A stretch of DNA of 64,000 nucleotides from positions 3,616,001 through 3,680,000 of the forward strand of contig OZ252299.1 of NCBI GenBank assembly GCA_965250285.1, read 5' to 3'. The notes under the pieces are model-generated. The model searched no databases. It was not told where the DNA came from and saw only the letters and a list, made by a program, of their open reading frames with translations. This DNA comes from Myxococcota bacterium. Its GTDB lineage: Bacteria; Myxococcota_A; UBA9160; UBA4427. The translations under genes were made by a program, and so were the position numbers. Shown here piece by piece: positions 1 through 9,887 of this stretch (its first letter is position 1; every line of letters starts with the position of its first letter).

Positions 1-167
1 CTCGACCCGATCGCATCGGTGAGCTGCAGCGTGCCGTCGACTGCCAGAACCGGCCCAGTCGATTGCCAGCCTTCGAGCCCGGTGTCGAAGCTGCCATTCG
101 AGAGCGCCTGGCCGGGCGTGGCGATGCTGACCGCTCCGAGAATCAGAGCAGTCCAGATGACGCACAT
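1..167 (-). CDS. Secreted protein, N-terminal part (runs off the window edge)
   Basis: Hand translation from ATG 167: MCVIWTALILGAVSIATPGQALSNGSFDTGLEGWQSTG..., a signal-like hydrophobic stretch followed by an NGSFxxGLxGW motif typical of extracellular beta-sandwich domains. The frame is open upstream to ATG 335, so the start is uncertain. Confidence 0.55.
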   Translation of the reverse strand, partial: MCVIWTALILGAVSIATPGQALSNGSFDTGLEGWQSTGPVLAVDGTLQLTDAIGS

Positions 168-659
168 CGACGCCCTGACAGGGCGAACGAGTCGAGAAAG
201 AGAGCGTCGCCACCGGCGGTCTTCCGGGGGCACGGCGGCCAGCTGCATCTGCTTCTTCAGCTCCTGCGGGTGCGACGCGGGGGCCACACAAACAAAGAGT
301 GGGGGCACGAATCGCGAAGTGTTCAGAATTTTCATCTTCGTCGATCTTTTCCCTGCGGTGCAAACACCGAACGTGACCTTGCTGTGATTCGGGTCAGCGA
401 GACATCCGAGCCCATCGCGCACACTGGGCGTCGGGGGTTCGCGACGGCCCCAGCGACTCGGCGATTCCGCGAGACAGAACCCAGGTGCGCCTGGGTTGCT
501 TCTCGCCTGCATCGCTGCCCTCGCCCCCGCCGCGCCCCTGCGCAGGAGTTGCCGATGCCAGCTGAGCCACCAGACACACAGTTGACGAAATACATTTCAT
601 GTTGTTAACTACGCCTATCTCGCGAGCTCGGCCCGACCGGCTCGAAGAGGAGGAACGTC

Positions 660-2129
660 GTGCAGAACGATCGACTCGAAGACGCGGCCACGAGCCGCAC
701 CATCGCCGTCGCGCCGGGCGATGGCATCGGCCCCGAGATCATGGCCTCGACCCTCGCGATTCTCGAAGCGGCGGGTGTGCCGTTCGACTACGAGCTGATC
801 GAGCTGGGCGAGAAGGCCTACCTGCGCGGCGAGAGCTCGGGCATCCCCGCGGCGTCATGGGAGTCGATTCGGCGCTGCGGCGTGCTGCTGAAGGCGCCGA
901 TGACGACACCTCAGGGCGGCGGCTACAAGAGCGTCAACGTCACCCTGCGCAAGTCGCTCGGTCTGTTCGCGAACGTGCGCCAGTGCAAGTCGTACGATCC
1001 CTTCGTCGTCTCGAATCACCCGGGCATGAACCTGGTGATCATCCGCGAGAACGAAGAAGACCTGTATGGCGGCATCGAGCACCAGCAGACCAACGAGGTC
1101 GTGCAGTGCCTTAAGCTCGTGTCGCGCCCCGGCACCGAGAGCATCATTCGCTACGCCTTCGAGTACGCGCGGGCCTACGGCCGCAAGCACGTGACGTGCA
1201 TGACGAAGGACAACATCATGAAGCTCACCGATGGGCTCTTCCATCGGGTCTTCGACGAGATCGCGGCCGAGTACCCCGACATCGAGAGCCGCCACGAGAT
1301 CATCGACATCGGCGCCGCAAACCTGGCGGCCAACCCCACCCGCTACGACGTGATCGTGACGCTCAACCTCTACGGCGACATCCTCTCAGATATCGCCGCG
1401 CAGGTCGCGGGCTCGGTCGGGCTCGCGGGTTCGACGAACGTTGGGCGCGAGGCCGCGCTCTTCGAGGCAGTGCATGGCTCGGCGCCCGACATCGCCGGCC
1501 AGGGCATCGCCAACCCGTCGGGGCTGATCGTGGCCGCCACACAGATGCTCGTGCACCTCGGCCTGCCCGAACCCGCCGAGCAGATCAAGAACGCATGGCT
1601 GCGCACGCTCGAAGACGGCGTGCACACCGGCGACATCTTCGTCGAAGGCGTCTCGGCCGAAAAAGCGAGCACCGAGCGGTTCACCGCCGCGGTGATCGAG
1701 CGACTCGGCCAGAAGCCGCGCAGGCTCGAGCCAGTGCACTACGCGGGCGCAGGCATCGAGATGCCCGAGTGGCAGGCAGCCGAACCCAATCACCGCGAGC
1801 TCGTGGGCGTCGACGTCTTTCTGGCCTGGAACGACGCCGATCGCTCGCCCAAATCACTCGGCACCCGGCTCGAAGCGCTCGCGGGCGAGCAATTCGAGCT
1901 CTCCGTCATCACCAACCGCGGTGTGCGCGTCTACCCCGGTGGACTGCCCGAGACGCTCTGCACCGACCACTGGCGCTGCCGATTCATGGCGCAGGAGACG
2001 ATCGACTACCGCAGCGTGATCGATCTGCTGTCGGCCATCGACGAGGTCGGCCTCGAGGTGATCAAGACCGAGAACCTCTATCAGCACGAGAGCGGCGAGC
2101 CGGGGTTCTCGCAAGCGCAGGGGCAGTAG
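660..2129 (+). CDS. icd: Isocitrate dehydrogenase, probably NADP-dependent, with C-terminal extension
   Basis: GDGIGPEI, KSVNVTLRK, IRENEEDLY, KDNIMK, NLYGDILSD and EAVHGSAPDIAG motifs; C-terminal tail ending GFSQAQGQ; GTG start after GAGGAGG. Confidence 0.93.
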   Translation: MQNDRLEDAATSRTIAVAPGDGIGPEIMASTLAILEAAGVPFDYELIELGEKAYLRGESSGIPAASWESIRRCGVLLKAPMTTPQGGGYKSVNVTLRKSLGLFANVRQCKSYDPFVVSNHPGMNLVIIRENEEDLYGGIEHQQTNEVVQCLKLVSRPGTESIIRYAFEYARAYGRKHVTCMTKDNIMKLTDGLFHRVFDEIAAEYPDIESRHEIIDIGAANLAANPTRYDVIVTLNLYGDILSDIAAQVAGSVGLAGSTNVGREAALFEAVHGSAPDIAGQGIANPSGLIVAATQMLVHLGLPEPAEQIKNAWLRTLEDGVHTGDIFVEGVSAEKASTERFTAAVIERLGQKPRRLEPVHYAGAGIEMPEWQAAEPNHRELVGVDVFLAWNDADRSPKSLGTRLEALAGEQFELSVITNRGVRVYPGGLPETLCTDHWRCRFMAQETIDYRSVIDLLSAIDEVGLEVIKTENLYQHESGEPGFSQAQGQ

Positions 2130-2309
2130 AGGCGCAGCGGCGAAATCTCCCAGAGCGTGTGGGTCGCGCACCGCTGGGTCTCTCTCGAGCGAGCCGCCGA
2201 ATCGAGCGCCCCTGGCTGATGGTGCGTGCGCTCCGTCAGCCCGCGAGCGATGTTCTGCGTCGATGTCCCCGAACCCCACCGCACCCGCAATCGACGGAGT
2301 CGAGACCGA

Positions 2310-2777
2310 ATGAGCCCGACCGCGCACTCAGCGACGGCGCTCATCCCCAACCGGCGCATGCACCGCGCGACGTTCGTCGCCGCGGCGGTCTACAACGTCG
2401 TGTGGGGGCTCTACTCGGGGCTCGATCCGCAGTGGGTGTTTCGCTTCGCAGACATGCCGCCCATGCAGCACCCGGTCGTGTTCGCGACGGTGGGCATGGT
2501 GATCGGGCTCTACGGGGTCGTCTATGCCGAGGTCGCTCGCCGACCCGAGCGCGGCTTCATGCTTGCGCTCGTCGGCCTGCTCGGGAAGATCTTTGGCCCC
2601 ATTGGGCTCGCGTTCATGATCGCCACCGGCGCGTGGCCCGCGAAGACCGTGTGGGTGATCTTGACCAACGATCTGATCTGGTGGGTCCCCTTCGGTCTCT
2701 ACCTGCGCGACAGCTGGCCCGCGTATCGCGCCGATCTGCTCAGCGGGTGGCCTTTCACCCGTGAAGACGGCGTCTGA
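2310..2777 (+). CDS. Conserved integral membrane protein (about 4 TM)
   Basis: Hydrophobic helices with AAVYNxxWG, GLLGKIFGPIG and TNDLIWW motifs; GGAG upstream of ATG 2310. Confidence 0.7.
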   Translation: MSPTAHSATALIPNRRMHRATFVAAAVYNVVWGLYSGLDPQWVFRFADMPPMQHPVVFATVGMVIGLYGVVYAEVARRPERGFMLALVGLLGKIFGPIGLAFMIATGAWPAKTVWVILTNDLIWWVPFGLYLRDSWPAYRADLLSGWPFTREDGV

Positions 2778-2822
2778 CCGCCCGGCATCGCGACCCCATC
2801 GAATCGGCGCTCGCCCCGTCCG

Positions 2823-3161
2823 CTACGGCTCTGACTTCGGCGGCCGCTCGACGTGCTGGCCCCACAGCCCCTCGTACTTCGTGACTTCGAGATCGCCGAG
2901 CACGCTGCACTGGCACGCCAGGCGAAGTCCGCGCTCGGCTCGATGCGGCGGAAAGTCGAGCCGCCACTGCTCGACCGACGTCGGCGGACTGACGGAGCCC
3001 TCGATGCGCACGGCGCAGGTACCGCACGTACCGAAGCCTCGACAGTGGATCGCGCGCGCCACCTTCGAGTAGAGCGGCACCCGCGCCCGCAGCAGCACGG
3101 TCCGCAGGTTGGCGCCCTCTAGGCACTCGATCTCGCGACCTTCGAACCGGATGATCGGCAT
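2823..3161 (-). CDS. 2Fe-2S ferredoxin
   Basis: CRGFGTCGTC...RLACQ cysteine pattern. Confidence 0.9.
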   Translation of the reverse strand: MPIIRFEGREIECLEGANLRTVLLRARVPLYSKVARAIHCRGFGTCGTCAVRIEGSVSPPTSVEQWRLDFPPHRAERGLRLACQCSVLGDLEVTKYEGLWGQHVERPPKSEP

Positions 3162-3266
3162 GGCAGTCTCCTGTGCGCGCCTTCGTGCGATGCCAGGAGG
3201 GCCGGGGAGGACTCGCTCGGTCGCCTACGACTCGGTCGGGGCACACCGGGCCGCCCGAGATCCAGC

Positions 3267-4154
3267 TCACAGCCGGTCGAGGATCGGCACGGTCGGCAGG
3301 GCCTCCATCTCGCTCGGTCGGTAGCTGTCGACGGTCTCCTGAATGAAGGTGCTCGACATGAGTGAGCGGAAGAACTCAGCCCCGGGGTAGTAGTTGATCA
3401 TCACGCGATCGAAATCTGCGTCGCCTTCGAGCGCGACCGCCTCTCCCATGTGGAGCGGGCCATAGCCGCCCTCGGCCATGGCGCGCATCATCTTGCGAGG
3501 GTGGGCGCCGGTCGAGGCTGCCTGCTGTTCGGGCGTCTGATCACGCATCAGATTGACGAACACGAGCCCATCCTGTGCGCGGGCACCGAGCGAGCCGAAC
3601 AGCGCGGCGAAGCGCGCGTTCCGCGGTTCGTCGATGTCGATGCTCGTGTCGATGACGACCGGAAAGATCGACGGCTTCAGCGTCACGAGGTCGAACAGGC
3701 GCACCCCGAGCAGCATCTGCGGCAACACGAGGTTCAGCGCTGCAGGCCGCGTGATGCCTTGCGCAAACGAATGCTCGAACGGCGCGCGGACAGCGTCGAA
3801 CGATGCCAATTCATACGCTGCACGCGAATCGAACTGCGCGAGCAGCACCGCGTCCCACGCTGAAGTGTCGAGCTGGTCAGACACGATCGTGCTGCCGGCG
3901 GCGCGGCCGGCGTAGACCGGCGCGCCCTCGGCCGCCTCGATGGCGCCGACGAAGCGACGCAGCGCGGGCTCGAGCGGTTGGCCGGCAGGAAGGTCGAGCA
4001 GCCAGAGCACGTGGAACGCATCGCCGGCGTACAGAGACGGCTGCCGATCCTGCGCGTGGTGTTGCCGAAATCGCTGATAGCGGCCGTGCTGCCAGAGCAT
4101 CGCCGACCCGACGACGAGCAACACTGCGAGGGCGATCCATGTAAGCCGCTTCAT
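3267..4154 (-). CDS. Membrane-anchored hypothetical protein, possibly DUF1330-like dimeric alpha/beta barrel domains
   Basis: N-terminal TM helix; two segments resembling WDAVLLAQF and FDRVMINYYP, as in DUF1330-like domains. Confidence 0.6.
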   Translation of the reverse strand: MKRLTWIALAVLLVVGSAMLWQHGRYQRFRQHHAQDRQPSLYAGDAFHVLWLLDLPAGQPLEPALRRFVGAIEAAEGAPVYAGRAAGSTIVSDQLDTSAWDAVLLAQFDSRAAYELASFDAVRAPFEHSFAQGITRPAALNLVLPQMLLGVRLFDLVTLKPSIFPVVIDTSIDIDEPRNARFAALFGSLGARAQDGLVFVNLMRDQTPEQQAASTGAHPRKMMRAMAEGGYGPLHMGEAVALEGDADFDRVMINYYPGAEFFRSLMSSTFIQETVDSYRPSEMEALPTVPILDRL

Positions 4155-4508
4155 GTGCGCGGCCTCGCGGTGGTCGCCTGTGCGAAGTGGGGGCAGTGGT
4201 CATCGGGGCGTGCGGTCATCTCTTCCTCCGAGCGCTGACACGGCCAGGTCAGCCCCAAGCTGATCCGCGGAACCTCAGATACAGAACTAGAATTCTTATT
4301 CTATTTATTGCGGGATCAATGGTCAACTCGGTGCGCGCGACGGGCCGAGCCGACGGGCTGGCTTCGCCGAGGCATTCACAGGGCAAGAGGTCGCCGAGCT
4401 GGGGCGGTCGAGGGCGACCGCAACGAGACACCCGATCCGACCGAGAACAGGGACATAGATAGAGAGAAGGAAGGAGCACCGGTCGACCACCAGTAGGGCC
4501 TGACTCGA

Positions 4509-4544
4509 TTGCCATCTGTGGCGAGATGAGACATAGTTGTCTCA
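4509..4544 (+). promoter_or_regulatory. Sigma70-type promoter overlapped by a palindromic TetR operator
   Basis: TTGCCA (4509)-17 nt-CATAGT (4532); perfect inverted repeat TGAGACA-tagt-TGTCTCA at 4527-4544, ending 1 nt before ATG 4546. Confidence 0.7.
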
Positions 4545-4545
4545 A

Positions 4546-5100
4546 ATGGAATCACTCAGACTCAGTTCGCGCGACGCCGTTCTCACGGCCGCGCTCCAGC
4601 TCTTCGCCCAGAATCCCGGCGCCTCGCTCTCGGCCGTCGCCATGAGGGCCGGGGTCGGGCGGGCAACGCTGCACCGACACTTCGCAACCCGCGACGCGCT
4701 GATTCGGGCGCTCGCCATCGAAGCGCTGGACGCAACCGACGCCGCCGTGGCCGGCCTCGAAGCCGTCGACGATCCCACCGAGTCGCTCGCGCTCATGTTC
4801 GAGCGGCTCGTGCCGCTGGGCGACCGCTTCCAGTGCCTGGCGCACCTGCCCATCGAAGACCCTGAGATCGATCGCCGCTACGCCGCGCAGATCGACGCGC
4901 TCACCACCCTCATCGATCGCCTGCAGGCCGGCGGCGTCATCGATCCGAGCGTTCCAGTCGGCTGGGCGGTCCGCATCGCCGACTCGTTGATCTGGACGGC
5001 CTGGGGCTCGGTGGCCGAAGGCGATCTCACCGCCCGCGACGCGACGCAGCTCGCGCTTCGCACGTTTCTGGCGGGTGTCGGAGGAGAACGAGATGCATGA
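4546..5100 (+). CDS. TetR/AcrR family regulator
   Basis: HTH SLSAVAMRAGVGRATLHRHFATRDAL. Confidence 0.9.
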   Translation: MESLRLSSRDAVLTAALQLFAQNPGASLSAVAMRAGVGRATLHRHFATRDALIRALAIEALDATDAAVAGLEAVDDPTESLALMFERLVPLGDRFQCLAHLPIEDPEIDRRYAAQIDALTTLIDRLQAGGVIDPSVPVGWAVRIADSLIWTAWGSVAEGDLTARDATQLALRTFLAGVGGERDA

Positions 5101-6199
5101 GATGATGACCCTTCGTGCCGCCACCGCGGCCCACCCCGGGCAAGGCGTGGCGCTGCCCTTCTCGGCCTACCGTGAACCGGATGTGTTCGAGCTCGAGATG
5201 GAGCGCGTCTTCCGCGGCGATTGGGTGGCGGTCTGCTCCGCCTCGATGCTGAAGGATGCCGGCGACTACGTGGCGCTCTCGATCGGCGGCGAGCCCGTCG
5301 TGGTGCTGCGCGGACAAGACGGCGAGCTGCGCGCCCTCTCGAACGTGTGCCGCCACCGCGGCACACCGATCCTCGACGACGGGTTCGGTCACGGCGGCTC
5401 GCTCGTGTGCCCCTACCACGCGTGGAGCTACGCCGACGACGGGGCGTTTCGCGGCGCACCCCACACCGGCAACGTCGAGATCGACGCGAAGCGACACGCC
5501 CTCCCCCGCTTCGCGCTCGAGATCTGGTGCGGCGTGGTGTTCGTGAACGTCGACGGCCAGGCCGAGCCCCTCTCGACGCGCCTCGCCGACCTGAGCGACG
5601 CCCTCGCGCCGTTCGAGATGGGCCGATACGACACGGCGCTCGGCGCCTTCGACGCCAAATCATGGAATGCGAACTGGAAGCTCGTCTACGAGAACGGCGT
5701 CGAGTCGTACCACCTCTTCAAGGTGCACAAGAAGACGCTCGAGCCGGTCACCGCGACCCGCCATGCGTACTACGCGCTCGGTGATGCGCGTGGATCCATC
5801 ACCGGCGGGCCGCTCGAAGGCACGCGCGATCACCAGTTCGTCGTCGCCCTGCCCCCGTCGTTCATCGCCACGTTGACCCGCGAGTTCTTCGGATGGATCG
5901 CGATTCATCCCGTCGCGCCCGATCGCACACACGTCGTGACGGGCGCGCTGGCACCCCGCGACGTATCGGCCTGGATCGGTGCCAGCGCCGACACGAACGA
6001 CACGCTGACCGATGCGTTCCTCGAAGAGGATCGCGTGATCTGCGAGCGCAGCCAGAAGGGCATGGCCGCCCGTCACAGCCAGGGCGGTCAGCTGGTCGAG
6101 CTCGAGCGGATCGTCGGCGACTTCCACCAGTTTCTGGGTGCACGGCTCTTCGGTCAGGTGCCCGAGCCGATCCACCGCGCACGATCGGTGACGGCATGA
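5093..6199 (+). CDS. Rieske non-heme iron oxygenase alpha subunit (choline monooxygenase/CntA-like group)
   Basis: CRHRG...CPYHAWSY Rieske motif; NWKLVYEN..ESYH..VH and EED mononuclear Fe ligands; GGAGGAG RBS. Confidence 0.9.
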   Translation: MHEMMTLRAATAAHPGQGVALPFSAYREPDVFELEMERVFRGDWVAVCSASMLKDAGDYVALSIGGEPVVVLRGQDGELRALSNVCRHRGTPILDDGFGHGGSLVCPYHAWSYADDGAFRGAPHTGNVEIDAKRHALPRFALEIWCGVVFVNVDGQAEPLSTRLADLSDALAPFEMGRYDTALGAFDAKSWNANWKLVYENGVESYHLFKVHKKTLEPVTATRHAYYALGDARGSITGGPLEGTRDHQFVVALPPSFIATLTREFFGWIAIHPVAPDRTHVVTGALAPRDVSAWIGASADTNDTLTDAFLEEDRVICERSQKGMAARHSQGGQLVELERIVGDFHQFLGARLFGQVPEPIHRARSVTA

Positions 6200-6702
6200 A
6201 CCGGCTGCGCAGCTGGGCGGCCGCACTCTTCGTCGCGTGGGTCACGCTCGCCAGCGCCTCTGCACAGGCGCCGGCCCCGGCTGCCGCCTTCGATGCCGAG
6301 GCGCAGCACCGCCGCTACGCCGAGGCATGGGCCTCGGCCGACGGCCTCTTCGACCTCGAAGCGCTCGGCGCACTCTACGCATCGGATCCGGGCGCCGTGT
6401 TCTTCGACGAGTACATGCGAACGCCTCAAGACTGGAGCTTCTCGCGGCTGTTCGCGCGCGGCCGTCAGCCCGTGGCACAGGGCGTGGCATCCCTGCGGCT
6501 GGCCCCTTCGACCCCAGCACGGGTCGTGGCGATGAGCGAGGGCCGCGTCGTGACCGTCGGCGCCTACCGTCTCGATGCCCGCTTCGAGGGCATGGCGCCA
6601 ATGTCGGGCACGCTCCGCCACACAGCAGTCTGGGAGCGCCGGGGCGACGATTGGGTGCTCATTCACGAGCACCGATCGATCCCGCTCGAGGATCTGTATT
6701 GA
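6196..6702 (+). CDS. Secreted NTF2/SnoaL-like protein
   Basis: Signal peptide (ASA-QA); C-terminal TAVWERRGDDWVLIHEHRS typical of NTF2-like domains; ATGA overlap with the Rieske gene. Confidence 0.75.
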   Translation: MNRLRSWAAALFVAWVTLASASAQAPAPAAAFDAEAQHRRYAEAWASADGLFDLEALGALYASDPGAVFFDEYMRTPQDWSFSRLFARGRQPVAQGVASLRLAPSTPARVVAMSEGRVVTVGAYRLDARFEGMAPMSGTLRHTAVWERRGDDWVLIHEHRSIPLEDLY

Positions 6703-6998
6703 GCACATCGACCGCCGCACGCGAAGCCCCCACTTCGAAGCCGCGTACCCTCGTCGCCCTGTCGGCGCTCTGGCTCTCGACCCTGCTCGGCTGGAGCTGG
6801 CCGTGGGGCGTGCTCTTTCTCTGGATGACCGTCGAGTCGCTTCGCAGAGGTGAAACGAGCCTCGTCGAGTCGATCACCCGCGCCGAGAATCCGGTTGTCT
6901 TCTCACTGACGGTGGCCACCTGGTTCTCGCTCAGCGTGGCGATGATCGTCTGGGATGTCGTGCTCGTCTTCGCACCCGGCTGGCTCACAGGCAGCTAG
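6699..6998 (+). CDS. Small membrane protein
   Basis: TTG start overlapping the previous stop (TTGA); hydrophobic segments and an ITRAENPVVF motif. Confidence 0.6.
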   Translation: MSTSTAAREAPTSKPRTLVALSALWLSTLLGWSWPWGVLFLWMTVESLRRGETSLVESITRAENPVVFSLTVATWFSLSVAMIVWDVVLVFAPGWLTGS

Positions 6999-7082
6999 CC
7001 CGGCGAGCCAGGGCAGTCGAGCTCGATCGACTGCGCCGACCTCGAGCGCCGCCTGCGGACGGGCACCGCCAGCCGGATCGGT

Positions 7083-7562
7083 TCAGAGACCGAGATCGGA
7101 CAGCGAGGGATGGTCGGCCGGCCGCGTAGGCGTCGTCCAAAGAAACTTGCGATCGGAAGCTTCGATCGGAAGATCGTTGATGCTGGCAATGCGTCGCATC
7201 ATGAGGCCGTTCTCGGCGAACTCCCAGTTCTCGTTGCCGTAGGACCGATACCACTGGCCCGTGTCGTCGTGGCATTCGTACGCGAAGCGCACGGCGATGC
7301 GGTTGCCGCCGAACGTCCACAGCTCTTTGACCAGTCGGTAGTCGAGCTCGCGTGCCCACTTGCGGCGCAGAAACTCAGCGATCTCGACTCGACCGGCGAT
7401 GAACTCTGCACGGTTGCGCCACGACGAATCGGAGGTGTATGCGAGCGCGACCTTGTCGGGATCCTGGCCGTTCCAGGCGTCTTCGGCCATGCGCACCTTC
7501 TGCTGTGCACTCTCGAAGTCGAAAGGGGGAAAGGGAGGTTTCGGCTGATCCATGCGCTCCAT
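7083..7562 (-). CDS. DUF1348 / NTF2-like protein
   Basis: PFPPF...[10 protein letters not shown]...WRNRAEF...[15 protein letters not shown]...[12 protein letters not shown] signature; alternative start at 7553. Confidence 0.9.
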   Translation of the reverse strand: MERMDQPKPPFPPFDFESAQQKVRMAEDAWNGQDPDKVALAYTSDSSWRNRAEFIAGRVEIAEFLRRKWARELDYRLVKELWTFGGNRIAVRFAYECHDDTGQWYRSYGNENWEFAENGLMMRRIASINDLPIEASDRKFLWTTPTRPADHPSLSDLGL

Positions 7563-7723
7563 TCCTTGGGTCGGCGACGATTCTTGGACGCTCGGCCCGG
7601 ACGGGTCGTTTCGTGTGCGCCCCGCGCGACCGGACCGAAGGGCGGCGTCGGGGGCTCAGGCCGCATGCAGGGCGCCGGGGCCGCTCAGATCGCAGCGGGT
7701 GAGAAGAGATCGTCGAGCATGCC

Positions 7724-8776
7724 CTATGCGCCTCGGGGCGCGATCTGCAGCGAGGCAACCCGCCCGTCTTCGAGACCGGCCACGAGCCAAGCGCCATCGG
7801 GTGACCAGGCGAGCGCCGAGACGGCCGCGCCCTGACCGGGTCGGCCCGTGATCGCATCGCCGTCGATGTCACAGATCAGCACCGTGCCGTTGGAATAGCC
7901 CACCGCGAGGGTCCGTTCGCTGGGATGAGCAGAGATCTGCGTGACCACGGCGCCATAGGCGTACCCACACTCGTCGGGCATGCGGCCCGACGGCCCATCC
8001 CCCCGACAATCCCAGGCCGTCGCGACCTCGGCGCCGCTGGCAGCAAAGAATGCCCCGTCGTGGGTCCACGCGATGGAGCGCGACTTCGAGAGGAACCCGG
8101 CCATCCGCATGTCCTTGCCGTCGGCAAGGCGCCAGCAATGAAGCTCTTTGTCCTGCATCGCCGAGGCGACGAGCCGTCCATCGGGGCTCCAGGCCACGGC
8201 GATGTGCGAGCCGTGCCACTCGAGACGTCTTGGTACGTCCAGGGTGTCGACCTGCCAAATCGAGACACCCCCGTAGTGGGCGACGGCGAGTCGTCGCGCG
8301 TCCGGAGAAAAGGAGAGCCCTGCGATCGTGCTCGGATGATCCTCGAAGCACGCGACGATGCGACCGCCGGCGTCGACGATGCGAGCGCTGCTGCCCGTTG
8401 CGAATGCGCAGACGCCTCGAGCCGAGCCCACGAGATGCTCGATCCACCCATCGTTCTGCTCATAGACCGTCTCTGCGGCCGAGCCAGTCAGCCGAAGCAC
8501 GCGCCCGTCATCCGTGCCGAACAGCGTCGCTCCACCTGCACCCGGCGCCGCGCACAGGGGCATCGCACCGAGCATCGAGACCTTCTTCGCGCTCGCAGTT
8601 CCCCGAACGCTCCAAACAGCACCTGCTCCCGTGCCGACGAGCGCCTCGTTCGAATCCCCGACGAAACACACCACGAGGGGAAACCCGTCGACGGCGTGCT
8701 CGCTGAGGCGAATGCGATCGGATACGACGCGCGCACCCGCGTCGGGCGAGACACCCGGTGCGGCTGAAACGCTCAT
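7724..8776 (-). CDS. WD40-repeat beta-propeller protein
   Basis: Repeated FSPD/WSPDG units and the [21 protein letters not shown] motif; ATGA-coupled to the upstream COG0523 gene. Confidence 0.85.
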   Translation of the reverse strand: MSVSAAPGVSPDAGARVVSDRIRLSEHAVDGFPLVVCFVGDSNEALVGTGAGAVWSVRGTASAKKVSMLGAMPLCAAPGAGGATLFGTDDGRVLRLTGSAAETVYEQNDGWIEHLVGSARGVCAFATGSSARIVDAGGRIVACFEDHPSTIAGLSFSPDARRLAVAHYGGVSIWQVDTLDVPRRLEWHGSHIAVAWSPDGRLVASAMQDKELHCWRLADGKDMRMAGFLSKSRSIAWTHDGAFFAASGAEVATAWDCRGDGPSGRMPDECGYAYGAVVTQISAHPSERTLAVGYSNGTVLICDIDGDAITGRPGQGAAVSALAWSPDGAWLVAGLEDGRVASLQIAPRGA

Positions 8777-9744
8777 TGAATCTGCGTACATGCAAGGAAG
8801 TCCTTCTCGAGGGCGATCGGATCGAGATCGCGACCGATGAAGACGAGGCGACTCGCGCGAGGCGTGTCGGCCCAGGGCGCGCCCCACGCGCTGTCCATCA
8901 CCATGTGTACGCCCTGGAAGACGTATCGACGCTCGTGGTCGGCGACGTCCAGGATCCCCTTCGAGCGCAACACGTCGACGCCGCGCTCCATGATGAAACC
9001 GCGGATCCATTCGGAGAACTTCTCGGGGCTGACCGGCGCCGTGGCGGTGATCGAGACACTCTGGATCGACTGATCGTGCTCATGGTCGTCCTCACCCTGC
9101 AAGAGGTCGGGCTCGATCTCGAGAATGCGTCCCAGATCGAATGCGCCGCAGCCCAGCACCTGGTCAAGGTCGATGTTGCTCTCGACGGTCGGATGAATGC
9201 GCGCGAAGCGATTCAAGCTGCGCACTCTCTCCGTCACCTTGACGGCCTGAGTCGAGTCGACCAGATCGGACTTGTTCAGCAGCAGCACATCGGCGAATGC
9301 GACCTGTTCGGCGGCCTCGTGCTCGGTCTCGACGCAATCGAGGAAATGGCGCGAATCGACCACAGTGACCACGGCGTCGAGATGAACCTTCTCTCGAACC
9401 TCTTCGTCGACGAAGAACGTCTGCACCACGGGCGCCGGGTCGGCCAGCCCCGTGGTCTCGATGATGATGCCGTCGAAACCCTCGGCGCGTTTGATGAGCG
9501 TCGAGATGATGCGAATCAGATCGCCTCGCACGGTGCAGCAGATGCAGCCGTTGTTCATCTCGAAGATCTCTTCGTCGGCCCCGACGACGAGCTCGTTGTC
9601 GATGCCCACTTCGCCAAACTCGTTGACGATCACGGCGTATCGCTTTCCGTGCTGCTCGTTCAGGATCCGATTCAGGAGCGTCGTCTTGCCCGCGCCCAGA
9701 TAGCCTGTGATGAGCGTGACGGGAATCTTGGCTCGTGCGTTCAT
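8773..9744 (-). CDS. COG0523/CobW-family G3E GTPase (metallochaperone)
   Basis: [35 protein letters not shown], short HEHD tract and CobW_C domain; AGGAG RBS before ATG 9744. Confidence 0.93.
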   Translation of the reverse strand: MNARAKIPVTLITGYLGAGKTTLLNRILNEQHGKRYAVIVNEFGEVGIDNELVVGADEEIFEMNNGCICCTVRGDLIRIISTLIKRAEGFDGIIIETTGLADPAPVVQTFFVDEEVREKVHLDAVVTVVDSRHFLDCVETEHEAAEQVAFADVLLLNKSDLVDSTQAVKVTERVRSLNRFARIHPTVESNIDLDQVLGCGAFDLGRILEIEPDLLQGEDDHEHDQSIQSVSITATAPVSPEKFSEWIRGFIMERGVDVLRSKGILDVADHERRYVFQGVHMVMDSAWGAPWADTPRASRLVFIGRDLDPIALEKDFLACTQIQ

Positions 9745-9887
9745 GTCTGGCACTCCTGCTTTCGTTCGAGGCAGTCGCCGGGCTAAGACGCGGACCGATT
9801 GAGCGGCGCACTCGCCGCCATCGACGCCCCGTTCATGCGCCTCTGCCCTCCTCGCGTTCGACTCTCATCGACCTTCGCCTTCCCCCT

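Noticed and set aside
1196..2764. Long alternative-frame and antisense ORFs (e.g. 1196-2764, 9735-11321, 15742-17595, 36434-37957, 41722-43680)
   Set aside because: Arg/Ala/Pro-rich shadows of real genes, expected at high GC, with no family motifs.
4376..4460. CACAGGGCAA...GGTCGCC/GGCGACC-GCAA resembling a c-di-GMP-I riboswitch
   Set aside because: No GNRA tetraloop/receptor or convincing second stem by eye; an Rfam covariance scan would be needed.
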